Source: Epithemia pelagica
Taxonomy: Eukaryota > Protista > Bacillariophyta
Length of the DNA: 64,000 nt
Reading direction: 5' to 3'
Assembly (NCBI GenBank): GCA_946965045.2
Contig: OX337234.1
Coordinates: 3,792,737-3,856,736 of the forward strand
Shown: positions 59,347-64,000 of the stretch, piece after piece
Layout: each line of letters opens with the position of its first letter
Position numbering within the stretch: the first letter of the stretch is position 1
The notes under the pieces: model-generated
Database searches by the model: none
What the model was told of the DNA's origin: nothing
The model's input: only the letters and a program-made list of their open reading frames with translations
Position numbers and translations under genes: made by a program

Positions 59347-61674
59347 ATGTCGCCCCCTTCTGAAATAAACCAGGGGACCAAGAATAGAAAACAAGGAAGC
59401 CAACGCTGTGGTGATCCAAAGCAAGATAAAAAGGACAACCAAAACAGTAAGAATTCAGCGTTCCATGGTTTATCTGGTGGCAAAGATGTTGGAGAAAGCA
59501 GTACCGATGATGAAACAGACGACGAAGAAATAACGATCAGAGATGTCAACAAGAAGAATAGCAATGATGACCGTAACCAAGAGGATTCAGGATCCGTATC
59601 TGAAAAGAGTCAGGTAATATTTCAGGAAAGAGGAGGACGGGGAGCTTCATCCAACGAATCCCAGGACCAAGGTAGTACCATGAGCTGTACAGGAACCCGT
59701 GGTGTTACTAATACAGGAGCACCTATGGAATCCGAACACAATACTGCTGTTATGAATGGAGTCGACCATGGTCAGCGAGTTCCTTATAATGCGAATGGAG
59801 TTGCTCCATATCCGAATCATACCCATCCTTATCCTCACCAGCAACCAAATCCATCGGTGTTGTCATTTCTTCCTCAAGGGCAACAACAACATCAGGTCCA
59901 TACACAGTTCAATTATTCCCAAGCTCCTCTTGGGGGGCAACAACATCATCATTTCCCGGCAGCGTCATCATCTACGATTTATCCACAACAAGGAACTGGT
60001 ATTATGGTGCATCAAGGATACCCACAACAGCAGATGATGTCTGTCCCATACCCACCCAATGGGGGCGTTCTGATGCAAGGAGGCGCTGGTGTTCACCAAC
60101 CACAGCAAACACATCACCATATGGATACAAATAATATTGAGTGCGCAGCTAATGACAATGGTGGTGTGACTGTAATGTCGCACCAAGATGTTGAAAATAT
60201 TATGGAAGAGGTTATGGGTGGTGGTGGTGGTGGTGGCGGAGGAGTCAGTCGCGTTTGTAAGTAAGGTGTACTTCCTTTGTTTTGTTTGTGCCCTATCGGT
60301 ATTGACTGGTTAGAGTGGAACTCTAATCTGGGTTGATGTGGGTTTGGAAATGTACAATCGAAAAAGATGTGGACTTCTGGATGGATGATGTTTCCTCACT
60401 TTCTGATCTCTCTTGGTCGTCATCATCTCTTGTAGCCATGGAAGTCGGAGGCGATAGCTCAATGGTTGCATCATCTATCTATGGTACTAGTGATGGTCAG
60501 AGTTCTGGGGCTAATACAACGTCTGGTGAGAGGGAAAGAAGGAGAGAATACAAGAGGGAAAGAAAGAGAGAACAGCAAAGAAAGAGCAGGAGCAAATACA
60601 AGGATCTACCCTTAGCTTGTCGTACGGATGAGTTCCAGACTTTTGTGCCTGATGTTGCTTGGAGGTACGTGAAGTATTTCTCACTTGCCGATGATTGTGA
60701 TGCAGATGATAATGGATTATGGCATTTGGGGAAGGATCACTTCAAGGCGTATTTCGAACGAGAAAAGATTATTGGTGATGTGGCTAAGGCAAAGTGGTGG
60801 GAAAGGTATTCCCCCCATTTGAGGAAAGAATTCAGACGCAAGAGATCAAATGTTCTACAATCGCTAAGGTTCAGGTTCATGAGTAAGTTGGTACTGTCTT
60901 GGTGCTATCTTGTTCTCATTCTTGTGGAAAGTTTTGCTCTAACATGAGCCTTCCTGCCTGGCAGAACATTTCTCGTTAAATCTATGGAGAACACATGGTG
61001 GTGGAATTGTTCGGCGACAATTCCCTAAGTTATTGGTTGACGATGAAAATCTAGGTCCTATGCCAAGTCTTGAAGAGATGATGCAAATGAGAGGAGTGAA
61101 TGGAGACAATGATGCTTATGTTTTCATGTTTGAAGTATTTGGGGGGTCGGTTTATGGAGATGGAATGGTGAGAGATATCATTAATCAAGATATTACAGCT
61201 AATACATCAGAAGCACAAAAGCAAGCAATATGGAAGGAAGCGATGAGTAAGTTTACTACGAGTGATGAAGCTTTCATTCTCTTGGCTCTTGAAGATTCAT
61301 GGGATGCATGGGCTCTGAGGAGCAGACAAGAGTTCAAACAAAAGTTGTACAAAGAAGACCCTGCTTGGTGTCAAGCGCACCAAATTAATGAGGACATTGA
61401 TACAGATGGAGTAGAACAATACAAGTATTCAGGTTGTGCAAACAAAAAGGGACGTGGTATGAGTGATATTGGCCTTGATCGTCTTGATGAATTGCAGCAG
61501 AAGGTGAGGGATGATCGAGAATATGTATCAGTTGATGGACTGTTTCAGAGACAAAATGTGTTCATGGAGAATCTTCTTAAGAAACATCGGGAGAGGATGG
61601 GATATGTGGACAGTGCTGATCAAGATCAACCGCAGCAGAAAAAGCGGAGGAAGCACGGACTCTGGTTTTTTTAA
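59347..61674 (+). CDS. 688-aa three-exon hypothetical protein (Q/P-rich N-terminus, basic middle, SDEAF-containing C-terminal domain)
   Basis: Exons 59347-60256, 60436-60882, 60965-61674; both introns GTAAGT...AG, phase 1, and they join three ORFs of the track in frame. Confidence 0.7.
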
Positions 61675-61760
61675 ATAGTATCTCTTGATTAGCTTCTGTG
61701 CATGTTTTCACATTCTTCTGTGGATGGTATCAATTGTGTTGTGAAATGAGTTACCATAAG

Positions 61761-61955
61761 TGTGTGGCTTTTGCTGGTGCTTTTGGAGTCTGAGATGCAA
61801 AAGGTGGGTGGCTTCTGCCGGTGCTTTCGGTGCCTGAGATGCAAAAGGTGGGTGGCTTCTGCCAGTGCTTTCGGAGCATGGGATGCTAATGGTGTGTGGC
61901 TTCCGCTGGTGCTTTCGGAGCATGGGATGCAAAAGGTGAGTGGCTTCCGCTGGTG
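61761..61955. repeat. 44-bp minisatellite, ~4.4 copies
   Basis: TG(G/T)GTGGCTT...GGTGCTTTCGG...GAGATGCAAAAGG units at 61761, 61805, 61849, 61893, 61937. Confidence 0.9.
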
Positions 61956-62249
61956 TCATTGGAGAATGGGATAGGAGAGATTGGGGGTTTGCCCTTGTGT
62001 TATTGCACCTGTGGAGAGGGTGTATAGATGCCTTGTTCCGATGAGGTTGGTACTTTGTGTTCAGAGTGTTTTGGACGTGGAGGGCAAGGTCAGTGTGCTT
62101 AGAAGGTAAGTTCTCTGTGCGTGGAAGATGGGAGTGTGCGTGCGTGGAAGATAGGGTCGCCGTGAATGTGTATGATGTTGTATGTGCGTGATGGTGGGGG
62201 GGATTAGTCAAAATGGTGTAAATCCGTATAAAAAAACCGGGTACGAAAA

Positions 62250-63488
62250 ATGGCGCATGCCGACGGCGCGTATGGGGTGTGCGTTTTGGGGGCGCGTGAC
62301 GCTGCCCTTAGACGGAAGAGATGGAACTATTTTTGCCGCCAGGTTGAAGGTGATGGATTCTCTGTGGACACTGCATTCCAAAATTGTGTTCTTGGGTCAC
62401 TCCTGACAGAGTTGGTACTTGACAGTGAGATTTCTTGTTGGTCCGACTCAGGGGTAGTGTTACTGTTCTCTCGGCAGAGGTTGTTCACTAAGACGAAGAA
62501 TGGCTTGAGGTTGAAATCATGTGGAGTTGCCGCTCAAGAACTCGGTGAGTCCCCCTTTCCCCCTGTCAATGAATATACTTGGTTGTTCAAATCTCATGTC
62601 TTCTTTCATCTCTTTCTAGCTGACCTTTTACATCTGCTTCGCTGTGGGGTTGCGGCTGGCTTAAAATACTACGATGGGCAGGGCAAGTTGGTCGAGCAGG
62701 TCATGGAACGGTACAGACATTGTCCTACAATACACTTTCTCTGTCCTAAGATTTATTCTTTGAGGAAGCAATATCAAGAGAAGCCTCCTAAAAGGGAGGT
62801 TGTGGTCGATGAGTTCTTCAATATCACTGTTGATGGACATGCATTCCAAAAAGCACATTGGTCTAAGGTCGTTCCTACAGTTGTGGAAAAGGCCCATGGT
62901 ATTTTTGATGCATGCTTTGTCGGAAAGGCATACGAGAAATTCCTCTGCTTAGATGGTGACTTGACTATTGTGGAGTGGTCCAAGGGTTTGGGATCGCTGC
63001 CAGATGGTACCAACACACAAGATTTGGAATGCAAGGAACTGGTGAAAAGTCAGTTCGAACGACTAACTGCCTTGATGGAATTTGCCATCCATGGTTTTGG
63101 CTGTGGTGCAGATCGGTTCTCAGAGGTCCATTGTCTCGATGTGACTCAGCTTCGGTGGAAAAATACAAACTACCAAGATTTATATGTTTCTGCACCGAGT
63201 CGTAAACAACCCAAACTGCAAGTTTATGATCGACCCCCCGTTGAACACAAGATGCCTCGGATCATAGCAAGGTGTCTATTTCTCTACAGAGTTGTGGTGC
63301 TGAAAGTTTGGAATGGGCCCAATGCAAGGAGATTTTTTCCACAATATGGTAATGACCGGAGGTTTTTCTTTGAGGATGTTGCCCAAGAGATTTTCAGCTT
63401 GGATAGTCGTCCTGGTTCGGTGGTTGTTCGACAGTTCTGGACTTCTCTTGTGAACTTGCTCTTTCCAGACAGCAACAGTCAGGGTTAG
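62250..63488 (+). pseudogene. Copy C: middle and recombinase-like part of the same family, truncated by the telomere
   Basis: 75-nt intron 62545-62619 (GTGAGT...TAG). LGSLLTELVLD, ITVDGHAFQKAHWSKVVP, FAIHGFGCGADRFSEV, EHKMPRIIAR, VRQFWTSLVNLLFP align with copy A IPSLLAKLCLE, ILVDGFMFKFQKWSNVIP, LAFHGTGLGSMRYTEI, EHKLCMTLSR, IRHLWTSVSNVLFP. The stop codon lies inside the first telomere repeat. Confidence 0.75.
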
Positions 63489-64000
63489 GGTTAGGGTTAG
63501 GGTTAGGGTTAGGGTTAGGGTTAGGGTTAGGGTTAGGGTTAGGGTTAGGGTTAGGGTTAGGGTTAGGGTTAGGGTTAGGGTTAGGGTTAGGGTTAGGGTT
63601 AGGGTTAGGGTTAGGGTTAGGGTTAGGGTTAGGGTTAGGGTTAGGGTTAGGGTTAGGGTTAGGGTTAGGGTTAGGGTTAGGGTTAGGGTTAGGGTTAGGG
63701 TTAGGGTTAGGGTTAGGGTTAGGGTTAGGGTTAGGGTTAGGGTTAGGGTTAGGGTTAGGGTTAGGGTTAGGGTTAGGGTTAGGGTTAGGGTTAGGGTTAG
63801 GGTTAGGGTTAGGGTTAGGGTTAGGGTTAGGGTTAGGGTTAGGGTTAGGGTTAGGGTTAGGGTTAGGGTTAGGGTTAGGGTTAGGGTTAGGGTTAGGGTT
63901 AGGGTTAGGGTTAGGGTTAGGGTTAGGGTTAGGGTTAGGGTTAGGGTTAGGGTTAGGGTTAGGGTTAGGGTTAGGGTTAGGTTAGGGTTAGGGTTAGGGT
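63481..64000 (+). repeat. Telomere (TTAGGG)n, ~86 units, one TTAGG variant near 63977
   Basis: Pure G-rich repeat to the end of the window, in the orientation expected for a right chromosome end. Confidence 0.99.

Noticed and set aside
47960-62216. Shared (C/T)ATTTTGAC(C) word near all three recombinase-helicase fragments
   Set aside because: Short and AT-rich, with inconsistent spacing and strand; similar words occur elsewhere (e.g. ~6250), so chance cannot be excluded.
62250-64000. Protelomerase (hairpin-telomere resolvase) interpretation of the terminal recombinase-like ORF
   Set aside because: The end is a conventional TTAGGG tract, and the ORF lacks the catalytic Tyr region.

Overview
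This is the last 64 kb of a eukaryotic chromosome arm, ending in ~0.52 kb of TTAGGG telomere. Short GT-AG introns, a diatom-type Ty1/copia element, DUF1800-DUF1501 fusion genes and a bipartite-like plastid signal suggest a diatom (inference). In order: (1) a 4-exon membrane-anchored DUF1800 gene running off the left edge; (2) a 6.56-kb tandem duplication whose left copy lost 2.2 kb internally and then received a recent 7980-bp copia element (169-bp LTRs, CACGT target-site duplication, empty site visible in the other copy; gag and pol in one frame separated by a single UGA followed by a hairpin); (3) an intact ~2891-aa single-pass DUF1800-DUF1501 fusion gene; (4) NDUFB9, a frameshifted thioredoxin-like [2Fe-2S]/TPR gene, and a sulfotransferase plus two head-to-head fucosyltransferase-like genes (GT10, GT23) among pseudogenes and patchwork duplications; (5) a ~17-kb subtelomere. 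The subtelomere holds three related fragments of a zinc-finger + tyrosine-recombinase-like + RecQ-helicase gene resembling fungal telomere-linked helicases, motif arrays at the fragment breakpoints, a 105-bp satellite and three unknown genes. The last recombinase-like ORF is cut directly by the telomere. That subtelomeric recombinase-helicase family is the best candidate for an undescribed system. All family assignments come from motif recognition by eye; no database search was run.
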